A DNA stretch of 64,000 bases, taken from Seison nebaliae. Lineage: Eukaryota. Position numbers and translations under genes: made by a program. Within the stretch, counting starts at the first letter, position 1; every line of letters begins with the position of its first letter. Where the stretch lies: contig JALJEE010001321.1 of NCBI GenBank assembly GCA_023231475.1, positions 1 through 64,000 on the forward strand. The letters run 5' to 3'. The notes below the pieces were generated by a model. The model was not told the DNA's origin. It saw nothing but the letters and a program-made list of their open reading frames with translations, and searched no databases. This document shows positions 29,501 through 42,713 of the stretch, one piece after another.

Positions 29501-30308
29501 TACAGGAAGTTCTCTTTCATCATTTTAATTGATTCCTCATCAACCTTCCAGATACAACGATATAACATTTTATTGGCAGTCATAAAGAATTCGTTAGTCG
29601 ACCTCCAGAAAGGTATCAAAGGTCTCGTCGTCATGAGTACACAATTGGACGATATCTTCAATTCCATCTATAACGGTGACGTTCCCGAATCTTGGAAAGT
29701 TACTTATCCTTCTCTCAAACAATTGGGATCATGGACGAGAGATCTCCTCCAACGAATCGAGCAATTGAATAAATGGGCGGAAACATCTCACGAACCGGTC
29801 GTTTTCTGGTTATCCGGTTTCAGTTTCCCTACATGTTTCCTCACTGCTGTTCTTCAAACGACCGCCAGAAAAACAGAAATACCAATCGACTCCTTATCAT
29901 GGGAATTCAATATAATCTCAACTGACGAACAACATATTATGAGACAACCATCAGATGGTGTATATATTAAAGGATTATTCTTAGAAGGAGCTAGTTGGGA
30001 CAGACGAGGCACATGTCTCACCGAACCTCAACCGATGCAATTGATCTGTCCTATGCCCGTCATTCATTTTAAACCGATTGAACAAAGGAAAAAACAATTA
30101 AAAGGTTGAAAATTCTTCAAATTTTTTTTAAAAAATGATTTTATTCTTTTGTAAAGGAATGTACAATTGTCCGTGTTATTATTATCCGAAACGTGAGGGA
30201 GCGTCACAACGACCGTCGTTCATCATCGCTATTGACTTGAAACCAGGAGAAGAGACACCTGATCATTGGATCAAAAGAGGAACGGCAATTTTGATGTCTC
30301 TCAATTAA
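14568..30308 (+). CDS. DNAH2: Axonemal dynein heavy chain, inner-arm I1/f beta type, 21 exons; intron donors at 14600, 15280, 15489, 15982, 17163, 18878, 19086, 19675, 23659, 23795, 23969, 24167, 24382, 24734, 24916, 25707, 29012, 29255, 29509, 30105
   Basis: N1 and N2 tail domains (SGPLAEIEFWRSR; FPRFYFISNDDLL), AAA1 GGSPKGPAGTGKTETVKDLGK, AAA2 GDTQSGKS, AAA3 GPVGTGKT, AAA4 GVGGSGRQ, the stalk, AAA5/6, and C-terminus HWIKRGTAILMSLN*. The AAA1 GGSPKG and the C-terminus fit DNAH2. The first exon (14568-14599) is less certain. Confidence 0.9.
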
Positions 30309-30334
30309 AAGGAGTTACAAAAAACAAAAAAAAA

Positions 30335-30367
30335 TTGATAATAAATTGATAATAAATTGATAATAAA
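30335..30367. repeat. 3 x 11-bp tandem repeat TTGATAATAAA, each copy containing AATAAA
   Basis: Read directly; lies in the 63-bp gap between the DNAH2 and CCDC130 stop codons. Confidence 0.9.
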
Positions 30368-30371
30368 TTTT

Positions 30372-31434
30372 TTAATTTTCTTCCACATCATCCATCGATG
30401 AAGATGATGAATAGTTGACAATTAAATTCATTAAATTCTTCTTCTTTTCTTCTTCTTCATTTAAATTGTTCATAGAATTTCTTTTCTCTTTCTCATCTTT
30501 CAATTTCTTTAAACTACTTTTCAATCGTTTCAATCCATTTATTCTCTTCGTTCGAATATTCTTCACATTTAACAATATCTTTTTTTTAGTTTTTGGAAAT
30601 AATTGTTTCTCTTCTTTCTTTCTCATCATCCACTCATCATGAATCTTTTTCAATTTCTTCGCTTCTTCTCCATCTTCTTCATTTATTCGTTTCGCTTCTT
30701 CTTTCGTCACATTCAATTGACGAATGTTCGTCGTCTCATCATCATCAGATTGATGATTATGATTCAATAATTCTTTCGCTGTCAAATGTAGTTTTTGATG
30801 AGAGTCGATAGGCAAATCTTTAATTTCTTTCAATTTCCACAAATTCACTTTCTCCATTTCTGATCGAGATGTATCTCTCGTTTTATGCTCTAATCGATAC
30901 ATGGCATTTGTAGCGAGTTTCATTTGTTCTGTTCCTGTCGCTAATTCGATTTGACCATTGGCTTTTGGATCCCATCGTTCTTCGTCTCTTCTGGCACCAC
31001 TGACAATAATATAATTTCTTGTTTCTGGATCCGTTTTAATTTCGATCAATCCTTTACACAAATGACATTTTAAATCAAATTGAAATATGGGTGACGAATA
31101 ATACATTCCGATCTTCTTCTTGTCACATGTATATCGTACTCCCATTCCAATATGTGCCTTACAATGGAGACACCAAACATTGTAAGGCATTTCGAATCTG
31201 TTCAAGGAGTGAAGAATTCAAAGGAAAAAATATGGATGAAATGACTAACCGAATTTCAATAATTCCTTGATGGATCTTTTTAGCACGATCACGTAATGCA
31301 TGCGTTCCATGATAATTGTTAAGATTGCCATGTTTCTTCGGATCGAAATCGGGCGGATAATATTTATTTTGACCTTTCCGTTCTCCCTAAATTCTTCAAA
31401 CTCACTTCAATCATGAAAGAGGAAGAATAACCAT
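30372..31434 (-). CDS. CCDC130: Splicing factor CCDC130/YJU2B (Saf4/Yju2 family), 3 coding exons, the first being ATG only; introns 31431-31387, 31249-31198
   Basis: M|GERKGQNKYYPPDFDPKKHG...HALRDRAKKIHQGIIEIR|FEMPYNVWCLHCKAHIGMGVRY...C..C...IKTDP, the family signature with two CxxC motifs. Confidence 0.94.
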
Positions 31435-31814
31435 TTTTTTTCTTCTTTAATTTTCCCACTGTCTATTCCGTCATTTTTTATAAAAGTTGATGATTATTTT
31501 AAACTTATAATTCGAATAAATGATATGTGAATGATGTGATATATCATATTTTCAATTAAATTTTAATTAAAATTTCATTTCAATTTTTTTTCCCTCATGA
31601 AACATTATTTGGCATTTGATTATTAATTCTCCAAATTGCAGATCCGTCAACACATCAAATTGTCTTCCTCTTCTCTCTCTCTCATCACTTTCATCGTAAA
31701 TCCACATTGAATCAATTTTATTACACATATCCAATTTCTTTAACGACAATTTATTTCGTTTCTTTTTACATGTTCATTTCAATGAAACATCCAATAAACA
31801 ATTAACGAAAGAAG

Positions 31815-32929
31815 ATGTCAGATTATGAATATGTTTTACTTGTTAAAAAGGAAGTTCTCGTTTATCGAATTCCTCTACGTACCACCAATCGACAATATCG
31901 GTTCATTATTTTCTTCTTCATTACCTCCTAATTTTCTCATTCAAAATTAGAGCAGCCGATTGGAATTTGGAGGTTCCCAATTGGATCTGTCGTATGAAAT
32001 TAGTTAATTGCTCAAATAAATTGTCCATCATTCTCGAAGATAAGGAAACGGGACGTACATTCGCCAGATGTCCCATCGATAAATATCCTGGTGATTCGGT
32101 CGATAACGTTTCCGATTCTTCAAGATATTTCGTTCTTCGAATTGTTTCTGATACAAGTCTCATATTTTATTCATTCTCTTTTCTCCTCAATTTCATCCGT
32201 CACAGATAAAACTGCATATATTGGCGCCGGTTTTGCAGAACGTGGTGATGCTTTCGATTTTCAAGCAGCACTTCAAGATTTTTTTAAGTTCATTCTTTTT
32301 CTCGTCGAACCATTCTTTTCTCCAACATTACCCAGATCGTTAGAAACGGAAAAGAAAAGTTATATTAGAGAACCGACGAAAGATTATTCGTTGAAAGATG
32401 GACAAACTTTCTCAATTAATTTGAATGTTTTAAATTTATCGTAATTTATCTCCAATTTTTAAAACGTTCAATTTTAGACGAAACTAAAAGAGAAAGATAC
32501 AAATGAAGAAGAAAAAAAAACGATAATTAGAAAACGACCAGAGAAAATCGAAGGAACTGGTCCAAGTTATTCATTCAATTTATTATAATTTTTTATTCAA
32601 ACATAAAAATAGTCTTTTTACCACCACCACCAGGAGGAGGTCTTCCTAGATTGTCAGCACCACCAGGAGCTGCTATTCCAAGACCATCGGCATCACCATC
32701 TTCTGGCCCATCAGCTATACGACGTCCCCAATCCAATAGAAATGTTAATTCTAATAATTTATTTGAAGGAAATACATTGTTCACCGATAATAATCTGATA
32801 AGTCAATCCAACAACAACAATAATAACAACAATAATAACAACAATAAAAATAATAATATTCTGGAATCTTCAACGACTGAGAGATCGAAAAATGAGAAAT
32901 TATCACAAGATCTATTAGATTTATTTTAA
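31815..32929 (+). CDS. NECAP: Adaptin ear-binding coat-associated protein (NECAP), 6 exons; introns 31901-31950, 32157-32205, 32288-32335, 32427-32477, 32567-32612
   Basis: MSDYEYVLLVKKEVLVYRIP...YRAADWNL...VSDSSRYFVLRI...AYIGAGFAERGDAFDFQAALQD...LKDGQTFSINL...LPPPPGG, the PHear domain followed by a Pro-rich tail. Confidence 0.93.
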
Positions 32930-33138
32930 TTTTTTTTTCCGTTTTAACATATTCCAATTGGTGCACGTCATTCTCTTTAAATGACTTTAATGTGCAGATT
33001 AGTTTAAATTAATAATAAAACTCTTCTTTCCAAAAGATATCTCTGGAAAATTTTTTGAATTTAATATAATAATATAATAATAATTATAATCAAAATAATA
33101 ATTTTGAAGAGCAGTATATAATATATAATTTCTCTGAT

Positions 33139-33233
33139 AAGAATTTGAATATTTAGAAGAAAGAAATTTTAATTCTTTTAAAGAATTTGAATATTTAGAA
33201 GAAAGAAATTTTAATTCTTTTAAAGAATTTGAA
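33139..33233. repeat. 42-bp tandem repeat, about 2.3 copies
   Basis: aagaatttgaatatttagaagaaagaaattttaattctttta occurs twice exactly, then partially. Confidence 0.9.
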
Positions 33234-33275
33234 ATAATGAAATTTCAATTATAATTTTGTCAATTTTCAATTTTT

Positions 33276-34567
33276 CTACATCGCATCATCTACATCATTT
33301 TTCTCATTGGGATCGTCGCAGTTCGTTTTCGATTGTTTATTCAAATCACAATTTGGTTGATGATCATTCGATGTATGGGAATTAATCTGTGCTGAATGAT
33401 CACGAATGATTTGATGATAAGATGGATTTGGTGCTAATGATTCCATAGGGATTAGCGGTATTTGTCTTGCGACACATTGTCGTAGTTCTGCAATTCTCAT
33501 ATTATTCTCGAAATGTTTCTCATAATATTTCTGATCATTATTCATCGGCCGTAAATGTTGTCTCCAAGTTCGTACGCTATCCAGACCTTCTAATTCGTAA
33601 GTGAGATCTTCTCGTATTGGCGATAGGACAATCAGTTTATTCGATCTCTTATCACGTAAACGTTTATTGACTGTTTCATCTGATTTAGTTTGTTTTGGTA
33701 TCGGTTTCGTTTTCGAACGTATATGATTCGAACCACCTGAAATAATATGAGTATATGATCGACTATGTGAACGACTTCCAGAAACTTCTTCTATTTTCGA
33801 CTTTATTCGATTTTTATGGCTATTCGATTTATTTTTTTTTGTTTTCCGAATAATTTCTTCCAATGATAATTTCTCAGTACGACTTGGATTAAATCGATTA
33901 TTTGTAGAAGTTGAAGTTTGAAAGTTTCTTTCAATTATTCTTCTGGATCCAGTGAAACGTTGTGATGTTACATTCTCAATAATGTTAGATGGACATCGTT
34001 TCGAATTAATTTCCTTCGTTAATTTTTGGTCGATGAATTCTCGTCTTTTCGTCACCAAATTCAAATCGAGAATGTTATTTTGAGGTAATAAATTCGGATT
34101 TTGATGGGCAGCTATATAATTCCGTCTCATAACGACAGGATCATGTGATGTAGTAATTGTAAGATCAACTTCTTTCACTTCTTTCCGTTCAGGTTTTTTC
34201 GGTTTAATCAACTTGATTTCTTTCCGTTTCACAGGAGTTTCATCTGCAAAAAATCCATGTTCGTCCGATCGAGTCTTGAAAGGAATTATCACTTTCCGTT
34301 TAATGATAGGATAATTAATTGGAATTTGAATAGAATGTCTTTCATACAAAGATCTTTTTCCATCTCTTGACATATCTCTGGAATTAGTCATTCCTGTGAC
34401 ATGACTCATATCAATCATCTTCTCTTTTTTCGAAACGATTTCATCAATCCTGGAACATGACACACTTCTACTATTTCTATTTATCAATCTTGAAGGAAAA
34501 AGTTCATTCATATTAATTCGTTCTGTAATTAATCGACGAGTTTGAACTGGTCTATTATTTGTTGTTG

Positions 34568-34599
<32 letters not shown>

Positions 34600-37500
34600 G
34601 GTGGTGATGATGTTTGTTGAGGTTGTGATATCAATGTCGTTTCCATAATGGTGGATGAATATGATAAAGATTCATTTCTCGTTTGTCCAATCATCGGTGA
34701 ATAAGACAAATGCATACCATAAGCACCGGTTTTAAATTTAAATTCAGATCGTTGTTTCTGTTGAATGGTTTTCTTATTCTCCCGTGACTTTCCCATAAAG
34801 TCGTTTAATCGAATTATCGGCGATTCTGACGGTGTCATATTTAACGGATGTCGTTTCTCTTTAGACGAATTATCTTTCTGAGATAAATCATTGATGATAC
34901 TATCCACCGTTTCCACCGGCACATTATCTTCATAATTATAGTCGTTCATATTAAATGATGAATTCGGATTGTTCATGTTATAATGAGAGTTATAATCATT
35001 GAAATTATAGGGACAATTATAATCGATCGCGTTGTACGGAGAATTTAACGAATTCATATTGTACTGGAACGTCGGATCGTTATAATTGTATGGGGATGAG
35101 TTGAAGAAATCAAAACTCATTCTTGAATTGTCCATATTCGCAGGTTGGAATGATGGCGAGGTGTTCAGTCCATTGTTAAATAGATACTGTCTCTCTTCCG
35201 TACGAATTGGGGACATATAATCCAGTGGTATGAATTCATTATTTGATGTTGTATAATCATTAGCACTATCGTCAACTGTTTGACTGTTCTGAAATAAATT
35301 AGTCGTTTGATTATTTGAAGGCCATGATGGCATATTTCCATTGTCATTATCATTCATCTCAATCTCATGAACATTATTTGATTTATTAGATGATTGAGAT
35401 TCTTTCATTGTCGTCGAATTGATACGTCTCATTTTAGATGGAGGAACTACTCGATCTCCAGAATTATCATTCCGTTTCGATGATTCATCACTTTTAGTTG
35501 TAGCACATCTTTTAGTTTTAGTTGGAGATAATTCATTCTTATTCTTATTCATCCATTCTTTCTTTTCATTTCGATTATGTCCATCTTCATTTTTCCTATC
35601 TTTCTCAATCGATTTATTATTGTTCTTATTTTTCTTCTTTTCTAGTTCACTACAAATTGTTTCATGTTTATTCGAATTTTTTATTTTCGACAATTTCTTC
35701 CCGTCCAAATGACACGATTCTTTTCCATCCTTTTCCAAATGATTACGATTACCATTCGATGCTGTTTTATCATGTCCTACACTCACTAATTCATTCGATT
35801 GATTATCAGATATTTCATGATAATTACATGTGGACGGTCGATTAATTCTGGATTCCACTCTATCAGAACTTTGTTGTTTTATCATCTCATTCGATGACAA
35901 ATGATTTAATCGTCGTTTATTTCCCAAATCATAATTTCTTCCATTAATATCAATTTTAGAAGTACAACATTGATCCAATCTCGAATTAATTCCCATTTGC
36001 TCTTCCACCTTTTTCTTTCCTTCATTCACTTTTCTGGAATCATGGGATCTTATATCCATCACTCCTGGTGATCGATTTGATATATCAATTGATCTATATC
36101 GATTGGGATCAGAGTCTGAAAGATCCATCAAGTTGTCTGAATGATGATTAGAAAATTGGAGTTGATTCGATCTTACATTATCATTTATTGAAATATCATT
36201 TAAATTTACCATTTGATAATCGTCATTTCCATCTATTCTTTTTTCTTTTTTCGATTTCTTTCGATCATTATCTCTCAATTTTCGGCCATGATCCATTGCT
36301 TCAATAAACTTTCCATATCGATCTCTTCTTCGAGGATGTCGATGTTCAATTTCTTCGTCATTATCTTCAAAATCATCAGAATTCTCTTGTGATCCGTTCG
36401 TCCTTCTTAAATGCAATCGATTTGAGTTTTGGGAATGACCATCATTTCGACAATCGATTCCATCCTTCGATTCTTCATCCATAAAATATTCATCAGAACT
36501 TCTATTATTCTCTTCAAAATTCATCTTCGAATTAATTAAACGAAGTTTCTTCTTTTCATTATGCGATGGAATATCATCTTTGGATACTACTTTCCTTTTT
36601 ACGTCATTGATCATATACTTAAAATCCTCTTTATATGATTTCCTCTCATTCTTATCCTGTTCCATAGTAGTATCCAAAGTGATTGTAATCATTTCACATG
36701 ATTTCCTCAATTCACGACAAATTGAATCCATATCTTCTGAAATCGGTCTATTCGTCCCATGCCATTCCCATTCACGTCGATTATATCGATCTTCAATATT
36801 TCTGTTTGATTCTCCTACATTATGTCGATTGTTTAGAATTCTATTCGAATCATCCACACCAATTCTACTCGAACATTCCTGCGATTGTATTCTGTTCTTA
36901 TTAGCAGAAGAATCCCGTTTCGGACGATCATCTTTCGATTCTTTTCTCGTTCTCTTTCGTTCTTTCTCATCATATTTCGAACGTTGTCTATTATCCCAAT
37001 TCTGTTTCGAATGATATTTATCAACATGATTACTTCTTGAACGATGTTTATTAATCGAATCATCTCGATTATCGTTCAAATTTCTGTTCGGTCCCTGTCG
37101 TTCCAACGGATTATTTTCAATAAAATTTTCACGAACATTATCGGTTGATTGTTGGTCGTCGGTTGGAAAGGAATTCCTTTTTTTATTATTCAAAGATCTT
37201 GAATTTTTCGTATCATTACTATGAGATTTATGTTCAATTATTCGGGAAATACGTCGATCATTCGTGTTCACTTTTCGACTATTATATCGATAAGAAATAT
37301 CTTTCGTATGGAGTTCTGATCTATCAGAACATCTATCATTCTTCTCATCACTTTTACGTCGGCACTTTCTCTCGTTTGATCTTTTATTCCTATTTCGTTC
37401 ATCCCATGAATTATTTTGATAAATCTCATCAGATCGTTTCGAATTATCATTCGGTTTTTTTACCAATTTTAAAACACCTGGTTTTCTAATCGATTTCTGA

Positions 37501-40500
37501 TCATCTGATTTTCTAATCGATTTCTCATCATTTGATTTTTTAATCGATTTCTCATCATTTGATTTTTTAATCGATTTTTGATCATCTGATTTTCTAATCG
37601 ATTTCGGATCATCCGATTTTTTAATCGATTTCTCATCATTTGATTTTTTAATCGATTTCTCATCATTTGATTTTTTAATCGGTTTCGGATTTTCAGAATT
37701 TTTCACCAATCTCTGATCGTCGGATTTTGTAATGGATTTCTGATCGTCGGATTTTGTAATGGATTTCTGATCATCTGATTTTTTAATCGATTTCTCATCA
37801 TCTGATTTTTTAATCGATTTCTCATTATCTAATATTCTAATCGATCTGTGATTATCTTGGTTTTTTAACGATTTTTTATCATCTGATTCTTTTACCGGTT
37901 TCTGATAGTCGGAATCTTTTATAGATTTCTGATTCTCGAGTTTTCTAATCGAATTCTGATCATCTGATTTCTTAATCGATTTCGGATCATCTGATTCTTT
38001 TACCGGTTTCTGATAGTCGGAATCTTGTATAGATTTCTGATTCTCGAGTTTTCTAATCGAATTCTGATCATCTGATCTATTAGAGTGATTATCATTTTGG
38101 GGTTTTTTGTTACGATTATTTTCAGGTGATCCATTACAACGATTCTTATCATGAGATCTGTTACCATTATCCTGGTCATTTGATTTTTTCATCGATTTAT
38201 TTTCATCCGATTTTTTAGTATGATTCCTTTCATCTGATATATGATTATTTTCGGTTGATCTATTATGAGAAGGATTATTTTCAGTAGTTTTCTTGGAAAA
38301 ATCAGTATCTTTACACCGTTTATCATATTCACGTTGATTATTGGTTGCTCGTCCATCGTTTCTTTCATTCAATCTCTTCAATTGATTATTGTGTGATCGA
38401 TTATCGTTAATGTTATTAACAGATTTATCAACAATTTTCTTATTAATATTCTGCTCCAATTTATCATCTTTGGATGTATTTCCATGATTATTATTCGTTC
38501 TACAATTATTATTAGCTGTATTTGAATACCAAGGATTTGGGTTAAAGTTCTGGAAATTCTTATTACAATTGAAATTTGTCAAATTCCTTCTTTTCTGCTG
38601 ATTTGACTTCTTATTTTGTTTCGGTTCTGATGGTTTCTCATCCTGATATGTGTTACTACTCGAACATTGACCAGAAGTAATAGATTTCGAATCATTTTTG
38701 GAAGTAGTGTCGTCCTTTTTTTCTGGAATAACTTTCTTCTTTAACGGAATTTTGAAATTATCATCAAGACAACTGGTATTTCGTGAACATTTAACGATAT
38801 TGTCAAATATTCGATCTTCCTTCGATGTCAGAATTTCATTGTCATTTGTTCCGATTAGATATTCATTCGATTCTAAGTTAGGCACTTTAACTTTTCTCTG
38901 AGTATCACCAGATGAGACAACTACTGATTTTGCCGTTTTTTTCTGCGATTTTATTGTTCCACTCAATTTCTTCATGACCTTCTTCGTTGATGTTTTGGAA
39001 ATTTTTTTCGATTTATTCTTTATCACTCTACTATTCTTCGTGTCATTGACTGAAAGAATTGATGGGTCATTTGATGATGGAATAGTTTCCTGACGATTAA
39101 TGTTCTTTTTCGGAATTGTTGATTTCTTATTCGGTTGTCGATTATTTGGAACGGTTCGACTTACAGGTTGATTAGAAGAACATTTCTTCGGACGAATATC
39201 TTTCTTCCACTCATCATTTAATTGAATATTGGATTTGATATTAATTTCATCATTAATTTCTTCGGATTTATCTTCACTTTCTTCTCTCTGTCCGACATTT
39301 GAATTTTTCAGATTATTTCCTAATTCTTGATGGTTTTCTGATACTGGAACTGATTGTATCTGATCATTATCAGAAGATCTCAATTTTAACACGTCTTCCA
39401 ATGGACCATCGTTTTTAGACTTTTCTTCTTGTTGAGCGGATTTAGTTCGATTAAATAGATTATTTCGAATTTGTTCAATTAAAACATTTTTGTCCAATGC
39501 AATCTTCCATTGGATGTCAATGCTCTGCGTCAATGGGGCAGATGAGGGACACAATTCACTTAATTTTTGTTCGATGGCTTTCTTCTGTAATTCCAAACAT
39601 AATCTTTGGAAGTTTACATTCTTCTTCATATTATATGAAGTTAAATCGAGTGATGATACCATCAAATTATTTTTTATTTCGATATCAGAAACAACGACAT
39701 CCGGTGACATTCGTTCATCTAAATCATCATTTGGAGCATTTGATAGTTCAGATTGTTCCATATTTGTTGATAATTCTTGAACTCCATTCGAATTATTCAT
39801 TAAACAATCTTCACTATCAGACAAATTATTTTCATGATGAGACGAATCAATTTCAGAAAGGGATAAAGATCTTTCTTTCACACATTGTAAATCGGATGAA
39901 TTTTGATCATCCTTCCCATTCTTCTCTCGTTTATGATCATCAGACGATAGATCTAACGATAATTTTCGTTTTCGTTCTCCTATCTCATTCGATTTATCAA
40001 TATTATCTTTTGAGCACGATCTACCATTAATGCATATACTACGAATTCTTCTTCTTTTAATTAGAATTGGAGTGGATTTAGTGAAACATCGAAATAACTT
40101 CAAATTGTTCAGGATTATATCTCTACAATCATCTTCCGAATTATGTTTAAGGATTCCAGAAACGTATAAATTCTCAAGATCGTCATCCGTTAAATTTTCT
40201 GAAAAATCAGAAGACGAACACATTATTCGATGAAGTAATTCACAGCCACTTTTACTCAATTGAAGTTTTTTCCTTCGACTAAGTTTCAGCATTTCAATAA
40301 TCAAACCACATCGAGTTATTCGTCTTCCATCATGCAATCTTATTCCATCATTTTCTTCGGACATATTTGTAGTGGAATTTAACGTCTCTGAACAACGTTG
40401 TTCGTTTGCTCTCTCTTCGGCCGATCTCGATTTTATTTCCGTTTCAGTATCCTCTTCTCTTTCTTCCACAATTTCATTTTTATTTTCATTTGTTATGAAT

Positions 40501-42070
40501 TGAGAGCTAGTTAACTGACATGAAGAAGCAACGTCGTTTCGAACAACAATTTCCACATTTTCTTTCTCATAATTCATATTAGGTTTAATCAATTCTCTAT
40601 TTGAGAATTGTCGTGTCATTGCACTTTCATCTTCCATCTCTTCTCCCGAATTATTAATTGTTTCACTTTCATTACACGATTCTTCACCGGTTCTCCGATG
40701 GTTCTCCAACCATATTCTTCTCATACTCTCCAATTTTCCAGTTCTGGGATGTATTAACTTTAAATTCTTTTTCGGAATTTTCATTTGCAATTTCTTATCA
40801 AATCTCTCTATTTCTACAGTACTTTCTTCCTCATTTTCACTTTCGCTTGCACTAAGTGATTCATTTTTTACATATTTAATACCCTTACCGCCATGTACCA
40901 TAGGATGGGGTGGAATTCTTATTAACCTCTCAACTTTTACCGTTTCCAATCGTTCGTTATCTGACTCTTCAGAAGAGTGTTCGGAATTGGTAGTGAATGC
41001 AAGAGGAGTTGTTTTGTTTCCATTATTCTGATTAATCGTCAACTCATCTTCAACGTCAAAATCGTCAACGTCCGAATTTTTAACGAGTGAAAATGTTGGA
41101 AATTGAAGATGGTCATGTTCATTATCCAATTTTCGAAGTGGTTGAATGAGAGTTGAATGGGACAAACTGTTTTCCGATAATCTTCCATTACAGTGTCCAA
41201 TGCTCTCTATTGTTACGTCTTCAGATGATTCATCGTCATCCTTATCCAAAGTTTCACCATCTTCTACTACAGATTGTACATTTTTCAATGTTCCGTTTCC
41301 TATATCGTCCTCATCTGTTCCAATCTCTTCATTTTCTCCAATAGACGAAAAGCCCGAAAGTCTTTCTTCAAAATTCAAAGGACTACTTTGATGGATGGAA
41401 TGTGTTTGGCCAATCTGATATTGTCCACTACCATTATATGCAATACCATCGCCATATTCCTCATCTTCACTTGATAAGATCAAGTCTTCTATACGCCATC
41501 TTCCATCGGGGCTATCAATTAGAATTTTGATAGGAACGTCATCATCGGGTTTGATACTCTCAATTAGGCCACTAGTAGTCGAGCTACCTGAACTCGAATA
41601 ATTCAGGCCGGAATTGGTCGTATTCGTCGAAGAGGAATTTTCATTTTTTTCGGATTTTGAATTTTCATTCCCATTTTTTTCAATGTTTGGCTTAGCACCA
41701 ACTTCCTTTTGGGTCGGTTTTTCATTTAAACTGTTCAATATCCTCTCCATATCGAAAATTTCGCTCTGGTTATCATCTTCATTGGATGAAGAATCTCCCA
41801 AACTTTCATCACTAGACGAAGAAAGATTGTTACCGAAATGCCTACGAGAATTATTTTGAGATGGAAGTTGATTCCCGTAAATATGATCGTCAGTCCAATT
41901 TTCATATTTCAATAAATCAGTTCCAAAATCAGTATGAGTAACAAATCCTTCACTCCCGTCATCGGAAACGGAACTACTGTTGCTACTATCATTCACATGA
42001 TGATGACTGATGTTTGTTAATTCTTCGTTCTGGTCATCAGAATTATCGCTTAGTGAGTCAATGATTGCCG
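33276..42070 (-). CDS. Very large terminal exon (~8.8 kb) of an uncharacterised, largely disordered N/S/D/K-rich protein (>2900 aa)
   Basis: A 2906-codon open frame in AT-rich DNA cannot be chance. The frame extends 5' to an acceptor ...ttttactaag at 42071-72. No domain recognised and the 5' exons are unresolved. Confidence 0.85.
37480..38090 (-). repeat. Coding 27-nt (9-aa) tandem repeat, KSIKKSDDQ/KSIKKSNDE-like, with a higher-order 36-aa duplication
   Basis: Seen in both the DNA (ttaatcgatttctcatcatttgatttt) and the translation. Confidence 0.9.
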
Positions 42071-42713
42071 CTTAGTAAAATAAGTTTATAGTTTCATCTC
42101 AACAAAAACTCACCAACTTTTCTCACACCTGAAGGTGTGTCTTTCCTGTCTTCTTATTTGACGATTTACCAAGCCAATAATTCCTAAATGGTTCACTGAA
42201 AACCAGAGAACGATGGTTGTTGGTGAGTTGAACAGAATTTACTTTCAACTTCCCAATGTCCAATCGATATCGTTTCGGAAGACTAATGAAAATATTCACT
42301 TTTATGTCACTTTCCTTTTTCAATCGTGTCCAATGAGTTTCGAGAAATTCCAATAGATCGTATTTCTTCTGTTTGGGGAGAGATGATCTGTTTTTTTTAT
42401 AAATAACAAATAGAAGGATAAATTAGTAGATGAGAATATTTCGGAAGAACAACTCCAATTTGAAGTCACTTAGGAAGAATTGTGAGAAATAGAACTCCCA
42501 AAGTAAATGAGAAATGGATGAGATGTTGTGTTGAAGAATAAGAGAATTCTCCAAATTTAAAGTTCTTAAATTCGAAAAAGTTAAATTTTGAAGTTTTTGA
42601 TCGTACAAAACTCAGAATTTAAATACTTCCTAAAAAATTAAATATTAAATTAAATATGTGTTTTTTTCAACACTTTCTTAGAATTTGAGTAAGATCATTC
42701 GAGTACTTCTCAT

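Noticed and set aside
14811..30109. Fragmented dynein ORFs read as a pseudogene, frameshifting or stop-codon reassignment
   Set aside because: Every break is resolved by a GT-AG intron that restores the frame, and the long exons translate with the standard code.
37480..38090. CRISPR-like array
   Set aside because: It is an in-frame coding tandem repeat with no unique spacers, in a eukaryotic gene.
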